Made by a program: the position numbers and the translations under genes
Assembly: GCA_963706955.1 (NCBI GenBank)
Contig: CAVPOC010000010.1
Coordinates: 1-64,000, forward strand
Direction of reading: 5' to 3'
Origin: an uncultured Verrucomicrobiae bacterium
GTDB lineage: Bacteria > Verrucomicrobiota > Verrucomicrobiia > Chthoniobacterales > Terrimicrobiaceae
Length of the DNA: 64,000 nucleotides
The notes under the pieces: generated by a model
Told to the model about the DNA's origin: nothing
Database searches by the model: none
What the model saw: the letters and a program-made list of their open reading frames with translations, nothing else
Part shown: piece by piece, positions 10,753 through 21,292 of the stretch
Layout: every line of letters begins with the position of its first letter
Numbering within the stretch: position 1 is the stretch's first letter

Positions 10753-11724
10753 TCGGCCGCCCCAAAGTTCTCCTGTTGGTCACATTGGTGGCTTGTGCGG
10801 TGCTCTCCAGTTTGGCCGACAAGATCAACCCTTACTATTATGACGTCCTCATCGGCATCGGCATAAATATCATTCTGGCGGCGAGCCTCAACCTGATCAA
10901 CGGATATACGGGCCAGTTTTCGCTGGGACACGCCGGCTTCATGGCGGTTGGCGCCTACTCGTCGGCATGGCTTAGCTTAACCTTCGGCTATAGCTTCGGA
11001 ATGGGAACCTTTGCAACCACGACCACCTACTTTCTCACCCTCGTGGCCGGAGGGCTGCTGGCAGCGCTGGTCGGTCTTGCCGTCGGCATTCCCTCGCTGC
11101 GCCTGCGTGGCGACTACCTCGCGATCGTCACCCTCGGATTCAATGAAATCATTAAAGGGCATTATCCAAAATGCCGAGCCGCTCGGCGCCCAGCGCGGTC
11201 TCGGCGGGATGGTTCAACATACCGATTTTTTTTGGACCTTTGCCTTTGCCGCCCTGACCGTTTACGTCGTGCTGAGCCTTGTCCACTCCACCTACGGGAG
11301 CGGTTTTCTGGCCGTGCGAGACGATGAGATCGCCGCCGAAGCCATGGGCATCAATACGACCAAGTACAAAGTGCTCGCCTTTGTCGTTGGAGCGTTTTTT
11401 GCCGGTGTCGCCGGCGGGTTATACGCCCACTTCAAACAATTCATCCACCCGGAGGGATTCAATTTCCTGCGCTCGTTCGACATTGTCGTGATGGTGATAC
11501 TCGGTGGAATGGGCAGTACCGTCGGAGTGTGTCTGGCTGCCGTGCTCCTGACGATCCTTCCCGAGTGGCTGCGCGTGGTCGACGACTATCCCTGGCTGCC
11601 GGAGTGGCTTCGCCCGATCACCGAAAATCGGATGATCCTGTATTCGCTGCTCCTGATTATTCTTATGCTCACACGTCCTCAAGGACTCTTCGGGGCGGAG
11701 AACTTCAGGCGAAAGGCGGCATGA
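10749..11724 (+). CDS. livM: HAAT ABC permease, apparent +1 frameshift near 11158
   Basis: GYTGQFSLGHAGF and LRLRGDYLAIVTLGF in one frame; VRDDEIAAEAMGIN and MVILGGMGS in the next. Confidence 0.9.
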
Positions 11725-12497
11725 GCTCCCCTTTGCTGCAACTTGAAGCAGTGACCATGCAGTTCGGCGGCCTGCGCTGCATCTCCGATTTCTCCTTCTC
11801 TGTCGATGACGGGCAGCTCGTGGGACTGATCGGACCGAACGGCGCAGGAAAAACGACCGTTTTCAACCTGATCACCGGCGTCTACAGGCCAACCGCTGGC
11901 AAGATCGCCTTTGCCAGCAAGTCCGTTATCGGCCACCGCCCCTACCGGATCACCGCTCGCGGCATCGCCCGGACATTTCAAAATATCCGGCTCTTCAATT
12001 CGCTAAGTGTTTTCGACAACGTGCGCGCCGCCTGTAATATGCATCTTCGGCACGGAATTTCCCACGCTCTGTTGCGCGGAACCGGATTCGATCGCGAGGA
12101 GCGCGAGATTGACTCCCACATCGTTGAGCTCCTCGAGATTTTTGGGCTGACCGCGGAACGTGATTCATCCTGCCGTGCCCTCCCCTACGGTGATCAGCGC
12201 CGACTGGAAATCGTTCGAGCTCTCGCCACGCGTCCAAAGCTTCTCCTGCTCGACGAGCCGGCTGCAGGAATGAACCCGACCGAGAAAGTCGAGCTCATGA
12301 AGCTGATCCGATTTACGCAGGAGAAATTTGGCCTGGCCGTTCTTCTCGTCGAGCACGACATGAAAGTCGTGATGGGTATCTGCCAAAGAATTGCGGTGCT
12401 CGACTACGGCAAGAAGATCGCCGAGGGGACCGCGGATGAAATCCAACACGATCCGAAGGTGATCGCCGCATACTTAGGAAAACAAACCCATGCTTGA
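11721..12497 (+). CDS. livG: HAAT ABC ATP-binding protein
   Basis: GPNGAGKTT, ARTFQNIRLF, LPYGDQRRLEI, DEPAAGMN. Confidence 0.94.
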   Translation: MSSPLLQLEAVTMQFGGLRCISDFSFSVDDGQLVGLIGPNGAGKTTVFNLITGVYRPTAGKIAFASKSVIGHRPYRITARGIARTFQNIRLFNSLSVFDNVRAACNMHLRHGISHALLRGTGFDREEREIDSHIVELLEIFGLTAERDSSCRALPYGDQRRLEIVRALATRPKLLLLDEPAAGMNPTEKVELMKLIRFTQEKFGLAVLLVEHDMKVVMGICQRIAVLDYGKKIAEGTADEIQHDPKVIAAYLGKQTHA

Positions 12498-13197
12498 ACT
12501 TCGCGACCTCGAAGTTTGCTACGGGTCGATCAGCGCACTGCAGGGAGTCAGCGCCAAGGTCGAGAGGGGCAATATCGTTACACTCGTTGGAGCAAATGGA
12601 GCTGGCAAGACGACTACTTTGCGCACCGTTTCAGGCGTCGTGAAGGCCCGAGCGGGCAAGATCGTCTTCGATGGCGAGGAGATCACCAATCTGGCGCCTC
12701 ACAAGATTGTCGCGCGTGGCATCGCGCAAGCGCCTGAGGGCCGGATGATCTTTGCCAATCTAACCGTGTTGGAAAATCTTCGGATGGGCGCCTACCTTCG
12801 ACGCGACACGAAGGGCATCGCAACCGATCTCGAATACGTCTTCGGAATTTTCCCTCGACTTAACGAACGCGAAAAACAAACCGCGGGAACTCTAAGCGGC
12901 GGCGAACAGCAGATGCTGGCCATCGCGAGAGCTTTGATGAGCAAGCCAAAATGCCTGATGCTCGACGAGCCTTCGCTCGGAATCGCGCCGATCCTTGTTC
13001 AAACAATTTTTGAGAAGATCCTCGAGATCAATAGAACACTTGGACTGACGATCCTGCTGGTCGAGCAGAATGCCAATCTTGCGCTCGAGATCTCCCATTA
13101 CGGCTACGTCCTCGAGACCGGCCGCGTCCTCTTGCATGACCGCTCGGATGTCCTCCGCCAAAACCCGGAAATCCGGGCCGCCTATCTCGGTGGCTGA
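12490..13197 (+). CDS. livF: HAAT ABC ATP-binding protein
   Basis: GANGAGKTT, LSGGEQQMLAI, DEPSLGIAP, VEQNA. Confidence 0.94.
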   Translation: MLELRDLEVCYGSISALQGVSAKVERGNIVTLVGANGAGKTTTLRTVSGVVKARAGKIVFDGEEITNLAPHKIVARGIAQAPEGRMIFANLTVLENLRMGAYLRRDTKGIATDLEYVFGIFPRLNEREKQTAGTLSGGEQQMLAIARALMSKPKCLMLDEPSLGIAPILVQTIFEKILEINRTLGLTILLVEQNANLALEISHYGYVLETGRVLLHDRSDVLRQNPEIRAAYLGG

Positions 13198-13256
13198 AAC
13201 AGGTGATCTTGCAGGGAGCTTCAAACCTCGAACAAGCTTCGTCGATTCGAGAAAGT

Positions 13257-13317
13257 TGTAGAGGCGGTTAACCAACCGCCTGTAGATTTCGCTGGCGCTT
13301 GCACAAGCGCCGCGACA
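13257..13317. repeat. REP doublet, family B
   Basis: TGTAGAGGCGGTTAACCAACCGCC-TGTAGATTTCGCT-GGCGCTTGCACAAGCGCCGCGACA resembles the reverse complement of 43939..44003, including the spacer. Confidence 0.7.
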
Positions 13318-13331
13318 TCCAGGCGCAGTTT

Positions 13332-13403
13332 TGTAGCGGGCCGCAAGGCGCTCCTCATCGCCGATGGGCTCTCCTCGCCGCCGGTGGGGACACCGGCGCT
13401 ACA
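13332..13403. repeat. REP doublet, family A (TGTAGCGnCGGTGTCCCCACCGnCG)
   Basis: 13379..13403 is identical (25/25) to 58304..58328 next to the RAYT gene; the left arm is degenerate. Confidence 0.85.
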
Positions 13404-14230
13404 ACTTGCGCAGCGAGGGCTCCGGGCTTTGCCAGTGCGAATAGACCAGCGTGCGCACCTTGGATATGGCAGTTCGCAATGAGATGCTGTCGGACGCGAC
13501 TACCTTGATTGCGTAAACCTTGTCCGCCGGTCGACTAGCACCTGCGAGGACGCTGGCACTGTTAAGTTCCGCAATTTCCCTCTGTAACGACTCCCCTCTC
13601 TCTGAGGGCGAAACGACCAGGCTAGAAGCATAGTAGGCGCGCGGAAAGCGCCTGCGCATCGATTGAAGACCTTCGCTAGTCGCACCCAGGCGATACTTCT
13701 CTCTCACAGCGACTTGGCTTCCGACAATCAGATCGGTAGAAAAGTCGAGTTGCTCATAGGCGAATACCTCCCCCGAGGCGGTGCGTCCAGGGGCAAGCAT
13801 TTCGGTGAAGAATAGCTCTCCCCCCGGGTGCACTTCGATCCGGGTGGCCTGAGAATACCGCGCTCCGCCATGAGCGATCAGGATATCCGGGCAGAAATCT
13901 AGCCTGCCCCCATTCTCGACCACGATGGTCTGCACAATCTCTGCTCTTTGCATTGAATGCTTCGCACGAAAAACCCGCGTGGCGCTTGGAGTAGTCAGGA
14001 CCACCCGCGCGCCGGCGCAGACGCGCACCCTTGTTTCAACGTGGTCATCGGCAAAAAGTCCGGCGGTCGGATTGACCACATTGATAATGAGATAATTTCC
14101 ATCCCAATGCGGCTTGCTCAAGTGAATGGGGGCGCGAAACGACTGCTTGCGAAGGAAGGTTCTTCCGTGGGAGATCCACGTGACATTCAATATGCAAGTG
14201 ACCCTGAACTCCTGAGCCAGGCGGCGACAC
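13399..14230 (-). CDS. ureD: Urease accessory protein UreD/UreH; start uncertain, probable frameshift near 14170
   Basis: NPTAGLFADD, LTTPSATRVF, APGRTASGEVF. The N-terminal strand QGHLHIECHVD lies in the adjacent frame. Confidence 0.88.
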
Positions 14231-14255
14231 CTGCGGCCAACTGGATTCGTGCGGA

Positions 14256-14858
14256 TTAAACAAAGAGGTACTCTCGTCGAAGCCAGTCAAGCAGTTCCTC
14301 CCTGCCGTTTCCGGACTTGAGATCGGCGAAGAGGGTCGGTTTCTCTCCGCGCATGCGTTTCGCATCGCGATCCATCACTTCAAGATCCGCTCCCACATGT
14401 GGCGCCAGACTGATTTTATTGATTAGCAGGAGATCGCTGTTCTTGATTGCCGGACCGCCTTTGCGCGGAATTTTGTCTCCCTCAGCGACGTCGATCACGT
14501 AAATGAACGCGTCGACGAGCTCGGGTGAGAACGTGGCTGAAAGGTTGTCGCCGCCACTTTCGATAAAGATCAGATCGAGCTCGGGAAATCGCCGCTGAAG
14601 CTCTGCCACAGCCGCATCGTTCATACTGGTATCATCGCGAATCGCCGTATGGGGGCAGCCGCCGGTCTCTACACCCAGGACCCGGTCGGCGGGAAGAGCC
14701 TGATTCCTCACCAGGAATTCGGCGTCTTCCCGCGTGTAGATGTCATTGGTGATCACCGCCAGACTGAGCTCGTCGCGAAGCCATTCACACAGGCGTAAGA
14801 CCAGCATGGTCTTGCCAGAGCCGACCGGTCCACCAATTCCTAGGCGCATTGCCTTCAC
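14256..14858 (-). CDS. ureG: Urease accessory GTPase
   Basis: [35 protein letters not shown]. Confidence 0.97.
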   Translation of the reverse strand: MKAMRLGIGGPVGSGKTMLVLRLCEWLRDELSLAVITNDIYTREDAEFLVRNQALPADRVLGVETGGCPHTAIRDDTSMNDAAVAELQRRFPELDLIFIESGGDNLSATFSPELVDAFIYVIDVAEGDKIPRKGGPAIKNSDLLLINKISLAPHVGADLEVMDRDAKRMRGEKPTLFADLKSGNGREELLDWLRREYLFV

Positions 14859-14912
14859 GTGATGATTTCAACTGCTGAGAACGACGCAGCCAAGAATGAT
14901 TTTCCCGGGAAA

Positions 14913-15614
14913 TCAGGAGATGAATAGACGCTCGTCGGCGGTTTCGTGGCGCATCGAGGCAATGTCAAGCAGAGGGTCGAACCAGCCAATTGCTTCGCGG
15001 GGGATAGTCAGCGCTTGCGCAATTCGCCCCCCAGTTTCAGCCAGGCAAGCGCCGAGAACGCGTTGCGTGCCTTCCTGGCCAATCCGGATCAATTTAGGAG
15101 CAGCCGTGCAAATGCACGAGACGCAGTGATAGTAGTACGCCTGGAGGGATTCCCGGAGCGGAATGCTCACGCAGGAAACACCCCAGACAATAGCATGATG
15201 ACCAGCCAGCGCGTTTTCGCGGCTGATCTCATGGAGCAGTTCGAGCTCAGGAGTTGCTCGCAAGCGAATCAAAATGGCCAGACGGCGACGACCGGTTTGC
15301 AGGCTGGCCTCGCGTAACTCACGAGGCACTCGTAGTGCCGCGGCCAACTCGTCAACGGTAATCAAATCCTCGCGATTCTCCGCCATCGCGGCTGCTCGCG
15401 ATTCGCGAACAAGCGGAAGATCGACATGTGTCAGTCCGGGAATGACATGTTCGTGGAGGAACCCGCGCAAGCTGGCTTCGTCGTGAACTTGGCCCTGTCG
15501 CACCATCTCCTCGAGACCGAAGGAATGCGCATATGATCCGGTCGGAAATGCTGCGTCGGAAATTTGAAGCAACGCGGGCAACCAGTGGGCAGCTTGCTCA
15601 GTGATGATGCGCAT
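14913..15614 (-). CDS. ureF: Urease accessory protein
   Basis: LQISDAAFPTGSYAHSFGLE; C-terminal HETADERLFIS. Confidence 0.95.
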   Translation of the reverse strand: MRIITEQAAHWLPALLQISDAAFPTGSYAHSFGLEEMVRQGQVHDEASLRGFLHEHVIPGLTHVDLPLVRESRAAAMAENREDLITVDELAAALRVPRELREASLQTGRRRLAILIRLRATPELELLHEISRENALAGHHAIVWGVSCVSIPLRESLQAYYYHCVSCICTAAPKLIRIGQEGTQRVLGACLAETGGRIAQALTIPREAIGWFDPLLDIASMRHETADERLFIS

Positions 15615-16044
15615 GCCCGAGAGAGGTGATTGGATGAAAAACCGCGATGGCAGGATGCCAGGATACGCCCTCGCGACTCAGCAGGAGTCGTATCGCCGGA
15701 TCGTCGACACAACGAATAATCTGGTCGGTAATCTCCACGGGAAAATGAAGATTACCGATCTGCCAGCAGATCACCGCCGCTCGGCCTGGATCGGTCTCGA
15801 GCTCAACCTCGAGAACAGACTCGGGCGCCTGCGAAATCACGTAGGACTTGCCGCTCTGCCGGTGAAAAACCGCTCCATCAGAAACTGGATGATCAAGATC
15901 AAAGCCAAATTCCCGGCCATCCTGGGCGACTCCCCGCCACCGCCGTTTTGCCAAGGTTGTCCGATCCGCAAGCAAGAAAACGATCTCGTCATTGCGGCCG
16001 GGTTTATCGTCACCAACTGAAGCGATGAGGTCCACCGTTGGCAT
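15598..16044 (-). CDS. ureE: Urease nickel chaperone
   Basis: IGNLH motif, C-terminal HAHHH, position in the operon. Confidence 0.88.
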   Translation of the reverse strand: MPTVDLIASVGDDKPGRNDEIVFLLADRTTLAKRRWRGVAQDGREFGFDLDHPVSDGAVFHRQSGKSYVISQAPESVLEVELETDPGRAAVICWQIGNLHFPVEITDQIIRCVDDPAIRLLLSREGVSWHPAIAVFHPITSLGHAHHH

Positions 16045-17784
16045 TCAAAACAGGAAATAGCGTTGCGCCATAGGCAACTCGCTGGCTGGCTCGCAGCGCA
16101 ACTCGCGCCCATCGGCTTTGACGGTGTAAGTTTCCGGATCGACTTCAATCTTCGGAAGGGAGTCGTTCCAGATTAGGTCCCGCTTGGTGACAGTGCGTGT
16201 CTGGCGAACCGGCACAAGCCTCTTCGAGAGATGCAAATGATCCAGCAAACCATACTCCAGGGCCGCCTGGCTGACGAAGGTCACTGAAGTCGAGCCCCGG
16301 GCGCGTCCGTGCGCGCCAAACTGGGGTCGGTAAAACGTCGGCTGCGGCGTAGGGATCGAGGCGTTGGGATCGCCCATATTGGCGTAGGCGATCAAGCCAC
16401 CTTTCAAGATGAGCTCAGGCTTTACTCCGAAGAAGGCCGGCTTCCAAACAACCAGGTCGGCCAGCTTGCCGACTTCTATCGAGCCCACCTCGTGCGAGAC
16501 CCCATGCGTGATCGCAGGGTTGATCGTATACTTGGCGATGTATCGCAACGCCCGGAAGTTATCTGCCGCGGCATGCTGCGACGCGCCCGCAGAGCCACTG
16601 GGAGCGAGGGTGCCGAATTGCGTCTTCATCTTGTGGGCCGTCTGCCAGGTGCGCGTAATTACCTCGCCGACTCGGCCCATCGCCTGGCTGTCGCTCGACA
16701 TCATCGAGAACGCTCCCAAATCGTGCAACAGATCTTCTGCGGCGATCGTTTCGCCGCGAATGCGCGACTCCGCAAAGGCCACATCCTCCGGAATGTTGGA
16801 ATCGAGGTGATGACATACCATGAGCATGTCGAGATGCTCGTCAATCGTGTTCACCGTGTAAGGACGCGTGGGATTGGTGGAGGAGGGCAGCACATTGACC
16901 TCGCCACACACGCGGATAATGTCAGGGGCGTGGCCACCTCCGGCGCCCTCGGAATGATAGGTATGGATCGTGCGTCCCTTGAACGCCCGCAGAGTGTCCT
17001 CCACGAATCCCGCTTCGTTCAGCGTATCGGTATGAATGGCGACTTGCACGTCCAGTTCGTCGGCGACCCCGAGACATGCGTCGATCGCGGCCGGAGTCGT
17101 TCCCCAGTCCTCGTGAAGTTTTAATCCGAGCGCGCCCGCGCGGACCTGCTCCCGTAACGGCTCGGGTGTTGAACAATTGCCTTTGCCTAGGAATCCCAAA
17201 TTCATCGGATACTCCTCGGCGGCCTCGAGCATGCGATGAATGTTCCAGCGGCCCGGCGTACAAGTGGTGGCATAAGTTCCGGTGGCTGGCCCGGTGCCCC
17301 CTCCGATCATCGTAGTGACGCCACTGGCCACCGCGTGTTCGATCTGCTGCGGGCAGATGAAATGGATATGAGTATCGAGGGCTCCGGCGGTGACGATGCA
17401 ACCTTCACCCGCGATTACCTCTGTGGCTGCGCCAATGATCATCCCGACACCATCCTGAATAAGCGGATTGCCAGCGTTTCCGAGGCCCACGATGCGTCCT
17501 CGCTTGATGCCGATGTCGCATTTGACGATTCCTTGAACAGCGTCCAACACCAAAGCATTCGTAATTACGAGGTCGAGCGACTCTTCATCCGAGGCGAGGG
17601 AAGACTGGCCCATGCCATCGCGGATCACCTTCCCGCCGCCAAACTTTACCTCGCTGCCATATCCGCCATTTTCCGCGATAAGGTCGCGCTCGACCTCGAT
17701 GAAAAGTTCGGTATCGGCGAGGCGGACCTGGTCGCCGACAGTCGGCCCGAACATTTCGGCATAGACCGATCGCGTCAGTTTCAT
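16045..17784 (-). CDS. ureC: Urease alpha subunit
   Basis: [42 protein letters not shown]. Confidence 0.99.
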   Translation of the reverse strand: MKLTRSVYAEMFGPTVGDQVRLADTELFIEVERDLIAENGGYGSEVKFGGGKVIRDGMGQSSLASDEESLDLVITNALVLDAVQGIVKCDIGIKRGRIVGLGNAGNPLIQDGVGMIIGAATEVIAGEGCIVTAGALDTHIHFICPQQIEHAVASGVTTMIGGGTGPATGTYATTCTPGRWNIHRMLEAAEEYPMNLGFLGKGNCSTPEPLREQVRAGALGLKLHEDWGTTPAAIDACLGVADELDVQVAIHTDTLNEAGFVEDTLRAFKGRTIHTYHSEGAGGGHAPDIIRVCGEVNVLPSSTNPTRPYTVNTIDEHLDMLMVCHHLDSNIPEDVAFAESRIRGETIAAEDLLHDLGAFSMMSSDSQAMGRVGEVITRTWQTAHKMKTQFGTLAPSGSAGASQHAAADNFRALRYIAKYTINPAITHGVSHEVGSIEVGKLADLVVWKPAFFGVKPELILKGGLIAYANMGDPNASIPTPQPTFYRPQFGAHGRARGSTSVTFVSQAALEYGLLDHLHLSKRLVPVRQTRTVTKRDLIWNDSLPKIEVDPETYTVKADGRELRCEPASELPMAQRYFLF

Positions 17785-17791
17785 GGTGCCG

Positions 17792-18103
17792 TCATAACTT
17801 GCCGTTCACCAGACCATTCAGGCCATAGACTTCGCGGCTGCCGGCGAGAGCTACCAGTTCGACTTCACGGGTGTCTCCCGGCTCAAACCGCACGGCCGTT
17901 CCTGAGGGGATGCGCAGTCTAAATCCTCGCGCCTGTTGACGATCAAAGTCGAGCGCGCTGTTCGTCTCGAAAAAATGGAAGTGGCTGCCGACCTGAATAG
18001 GGCGGTCGCCTCGATTGGAGACGATAATCTTTCTCACTTCAAGCCCAACATTGGCCTCGTGAGGTTCACCGTGAGCCGCCAGTCTAATCTCTCCCGGGAT
18101 CAT
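17792..18103 (-). CDS. ureB: Urease beta subunit
   Basis: [27 protein letters not shown]. Confidence 0.98.
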   Translation of the reverse strand: MIPGEIRLAAHGEPHEANVGLEVRKIIVSNRGDRPIQVGSHFHFFETNSALDFDRQQARGFRLRIPSGTAVRFEPGDTREVELVALAGSREVYGLNGLVNGKL

Positions 18104-18402
18104 CGGATCGGATGGTGGACGGTGACGAGTTTTGTGCCATCAGGGAAGGTTGCCTCGACCTGCACTTCATGGACCATTTCAGGCACCCCCTCCATTACGT
18201 CGCTTCGTTTCAGGATGGTGGTCCCGTGGCTCATCAGAGCAGCGACGCTGCGACCGTCACGCGCTCCCTCGAGGATCTCGTAAGTGAGAATGGCGATACT
18301 TTCAGGGTAATTTAGTTTCAAGCCGCGCTCTTGGCGGCGGCGTGCCAGGTCCGCGGCAACGACGACCATCAGCTTTTCCTGCTCGCGGGGACTGAGATGC
18401 AT
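18100..18402 (-). CDS. ureA: Urease gamma subunit
   Basis: [33 protein letters not shown]. Confidence 0.98.
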   Translation of the reverse strand: MHLSPREQEKLMVVVAADLARRRQERGLKLNYPESIAILTYEILEGARDGRSVAALMSHGTTILKRSDVMEGVPEMVHEVQVEATFPDGTKLVTVHHPIR

Positions 18403-18417
18403 GAGAAAACTTGGCGA

Positions 18418-19377
18418 CTACACAGTAAGGTGTTCTTTGACGACCTCGTCAGTCAACTCGGCCACCGACCCTCTCGCCACGACACTGCCCCGGTCGAGAA
18501 TCGCGAAGTTGTCGGCGAGTTCCTTACAAAAGTCAAGATACTGCTCGACCAACAAGATCGTCATGGAAGTCTCGGCATTGAGCAGGCCAAGCGCCTTGGC
18601 GATCTCGTCCTTGAGTAGAGTTCCTTCGTGCGGTCCCTCCTTGCGCAATACCGCAAAGGTGTCGTTGACTTGTCGAAAGGCGTTCGCATCGCGATGGGTG
18701 CCTTCTCGCTGCAGCGCTCTGATCTGCTCGGCCAAGGTTTCTAGCAATGCCGGCCTGGGGTAGTTCCCTTCTTCCTTGAGCTTCTTGAGTGACTGGGCCA
18801 TTTCGGCGAGGAGCATGGGTTCGTTGTGGTGGCCTCCCCGCCGCAGCAACCTAATCGCTTCCCCGATCTGATCGATAATGTTGGGCTGGATACCTTCAGT
18901 TGGCTCATCCAGAATGAGCACCTTGGGTTCGGTGAGCAGGGCCCTGCCGATGGCCAGCTGCTGTTGTTGGCCGCCGGAGAGCATGCCGCCTTTGCGCGGG
19001 AGAAATTGTTTGAGAATTGGAAAGAGGGCAAAGACTCGTTCGAGAGTTCGCTTGGGTTTCTTTCCCTGGGCCACAGCGCCCACAAACAGGTTTTCCTCCA
19101 CAGTGAGATGCGGAAAGATGCCTCGACCTTGCGGGACATATCCGATACCGGCGCGCGCGCGCGCGTCCGCCGGGAGTCGTGAAATGTCCTTCCCATCGAA
19201 ATGGATCCTTCCGCTGGTTGACTTATGGAGGCCGACAACCGTCTTAAGCGTCGTCGTCTTGCCTACGCCATTGCGACCCATCAAGCAGAAAACCTTCTTA
19301 TCGGGAAGCTCGAGGGTCACATCTCGAAGAATGCGCGAGCCGCCAATGGAAACGCAGAGATTTTCGATTGCCAGCAT
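18418..19377 (-). CDS. urtE: Urea ABC transporter ATP-binding subunit with an 88-aa internal repeat insertion
   Basis: GRNGVGKTT, YVPQGR, LSGGQQQQLAI, DEPTEGIQP, LVEQY; 319 aa versus about 230 aa normally. Confidence 0.93.
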   Translation of the reverse strand: MLAIENLCVSIGGSRILRDVTLELPDKKVFCLMGRNGVGKTTTLKTVVGLHKSTSGRIHFDGKDISRLPADARARAGIGYVPQGRGIFPHLTVEENLFVGAVAQGKKPKRTLERVFALFPILKQFLPRKGGMLSGGQQQQLAIGRALLTEPKVLILDEPTEGIQPNIIDQIGEAIRLLRRGGHHNEPMLLAEMAQSLKKLKEEGNYPRPALLETLAEQIRALQREGTHRDANAFRQVNDTFAVLRKEGPHEGTLLKDEIAKALGLLNAETSMTILLVEQYLDFCKELADNFAILDRGSVVARGSVAELTDEVVKEHLTV

Positions 19378-19391
19378 GATTTCGTGGCAGG

Positions 19392-20144
19392 CTAGTGCTT
19401 CTTCTTTCGGCCGAGATAAACCTCGATGACCCGCTCATCATTTTGCACCTGGTCGAGCGTTCCATCGCAGAGAACGTGTCCCTGGTGCAAGACCGTGACC
19501 TTGCTCCCAAGCTGGCGAACGAAAACCATGTCGTGCTCGATGACAATGATCGTATGCTGCCCAGCGAGGCTGAGTAAAAGGTCCCCAGTTTTCGCCGTTT
19601 CCTCGTCGGTCATGCCGGCAGCCGGTTCATCCACCAAGAGAAGCTGAGCGTTCTGGGCGAGCAGCATGCCGATCTCGAGCCATTGTTTTTGTCCGTGAGC
19701 GAGATTTCCAGCCTTGGTTTCGGCACGGTCCTTTAGGCCGATGATCTCCAGCACCTCGTAAATGCGCTCCCGTTGAGCGGAACTCACGCGTCCCAGGATC
19801 GATCTCCAGACGCCGCGGCTGCCTTCAAGCCCAAGGAGAATATTCTCGAAGACGGTGTGGTCGGAATAGACGCTGGGAGTTTGAAACTTGCGGCCGATGC
19901 CAAGTCTATAGATTTCGTACTCGCGCAGTTTGGTCACCGGCGTGCCACGATATTCGATACTACCCGAATCGGGCCGGGTGCGTCCGGTAATCAAGTCCAG
20001 GAAGGTGCTCTTGCCTGCGCCGTTCGGTCCAATGATCGTTCGAAGCTCGCCCTTATCGAGATAGAAGTTGAGATCGTGAATAGCTTTGAAGCCGTCGAAG
20101 CTTTTGTTGACCCCCTCGGCCGTGAGAATGAAATCTGTTTTCAT
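19392..20144 (-). CDS. urtD: Urea ABC transporter ATP-binding subunit
   Basis: [29 protein letters not shown]. Confidence 0.95.
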   Translation of the reverse strand: MKTDFILTAEGVNKSFDGFKAIHDLNFYLDKGELRTIIGPNGAGKSTFLDLITGRTRPDSGSIEYRGTPVTKLREYEIYRLGIGRKFQTPSVYSDHTVFENILLGLEGSRGVWRSILGRVSSAQRERIYEVLEIIGLKDRAETKAGNLAHGQKQWLEIGMLLAQNAQLLLVDEPAAGMTDEETAKTGDLLLSLAGQHTIIVIEHDMVFVRQLGSKVTVLHQGHVLCDGTLDQVQNDERVIEVYLGRKKKH

Positions 20145-21289
20145 TCCGCGCTTGAGCTGGCTGCTCCGCTGGCCGGCACAGCGACGGCGGACTCCCGCCT
20201 CTGGAAGCGCTTGCGCAGTTCCTGAATTTGTCCCGGTATGCCGACGATTCCCTTCGGCATAAAGAGGACGATCAGGACGAAAAGACCACCAAGGATGATC
20301 AGCCAGAGGTCTGGATAGGCGCGGGTTGCCCAGCTCTTGAGCGCATTGACGCCGACCGAACCGATGATCGGCCCAATGAGAGTGCCGCGCCCCCCGACCG
20401 CCACCCAGACGACCGCCTCGAGCGACTTTTCCGGAGACATCTCGCTCGGGTTGATAATTCCAACTTGCGGAGTGTAGAGCGCCCCGGCCAAGCCGGAGAT
20501 GACCGCGGCGTAAACGAAAACGAAGAGCTTGAAGTTTGCGGTCGCGTAGCCCGAGAAGAGGACGCGGTTCTCGCTGTCGCGAATCGCCCGTTGCACCTTC
20601 CCGAACTTTGTCGTGGTGAGCCAGCGGCTGAAAACATAAGAACCGAGGAGCAGCAACCCACTTAGCATATACAACGCACGCTGCGTCGCGGCGCTATTGA
20701 TATCATAGTTCAGCACGAATTTGAAATCGGTCAGGCCATTGTTGCCGCCGAAAGTAAAGTCGTTCCGGAAGAACATCAGACAAGCACCGTAAGTGAGAGC
20801 CTGTGTAAGGATCGAAAAATAGACTCCACGGATGCGCGAGCGAAAGGCGAGATATCCAAACACAAGCGCGACGAATCCCGGGACCAAGACCACGGCCGCG
20901 GCGGCAAACCAGAAGCTGTCGAAGGGCACCCAATGCGAGGGTAGCCTGTTATAACCGAGGAAGACCATGAAGTCCGGAAGGTCACTCTTGTATTGTCCCA
21001 GCTTCCCGATCTTCAACATCAGATACATGCCAAAGGCGTAGCCCCCGAGCGCAAAGAAAAGGCACTGCCCGAGGCTTAGCAAACCAGTAAACCCCCACAA
21101 GACATCCACGCCAATCGCCAGAACCGCATACGTGAGGTACTTGCCATAGAGATTGATGGTAAAATTAGAAACGTGCAGTGGATTCGCTTCCGGAACGAAG
21201 GCGTTCAACGCGGGAAGAATGCCCAGGATAACCACGGCTGCGATGGCTATCCCCCAGACCTCGAATCTACGGACTTCCGATCCAGCCAT
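20141..21289 (-). CDS. urtC: Urea ABC transporter permease
   Basis: [36 protein letters not shown]. Confidence 0.95.
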   Translation of the reverse strand: MAGSEVRRFEVWGIAIAAVVILGILPALNAFVPEANPLHVSNFTINLYGKYLTYAVLAIGVDVLWGFTGLLSLGQCLFFALGGYAFGMYLMLKIGKLGQYKSDLPDFMVFLGYNRLPSHWVPFDSFWFAAAAVVLVPGFVALVFGYLAFRSRIRGVYFSILTQALTYGACLMFFRNDFTFGGNNGLTDFKFVLNYDINSAATQRALYMLSGLLLLGSYVFSRWLTTTKFGKVQRAIRDSENRVLFSGYATANFKLFVFVYAAVISGLAGALYTPQVGIINPSEMSPEKSLEAVVWVAVGGRGTLIGPIIGSVGVNALKSWATRAYPDLWLIILGGLFVLIVLFMPKGIVGIPGQIQELRKRFQRRESAVAVPASGAASSSAE

Positions 21290-21292
21290 TAA

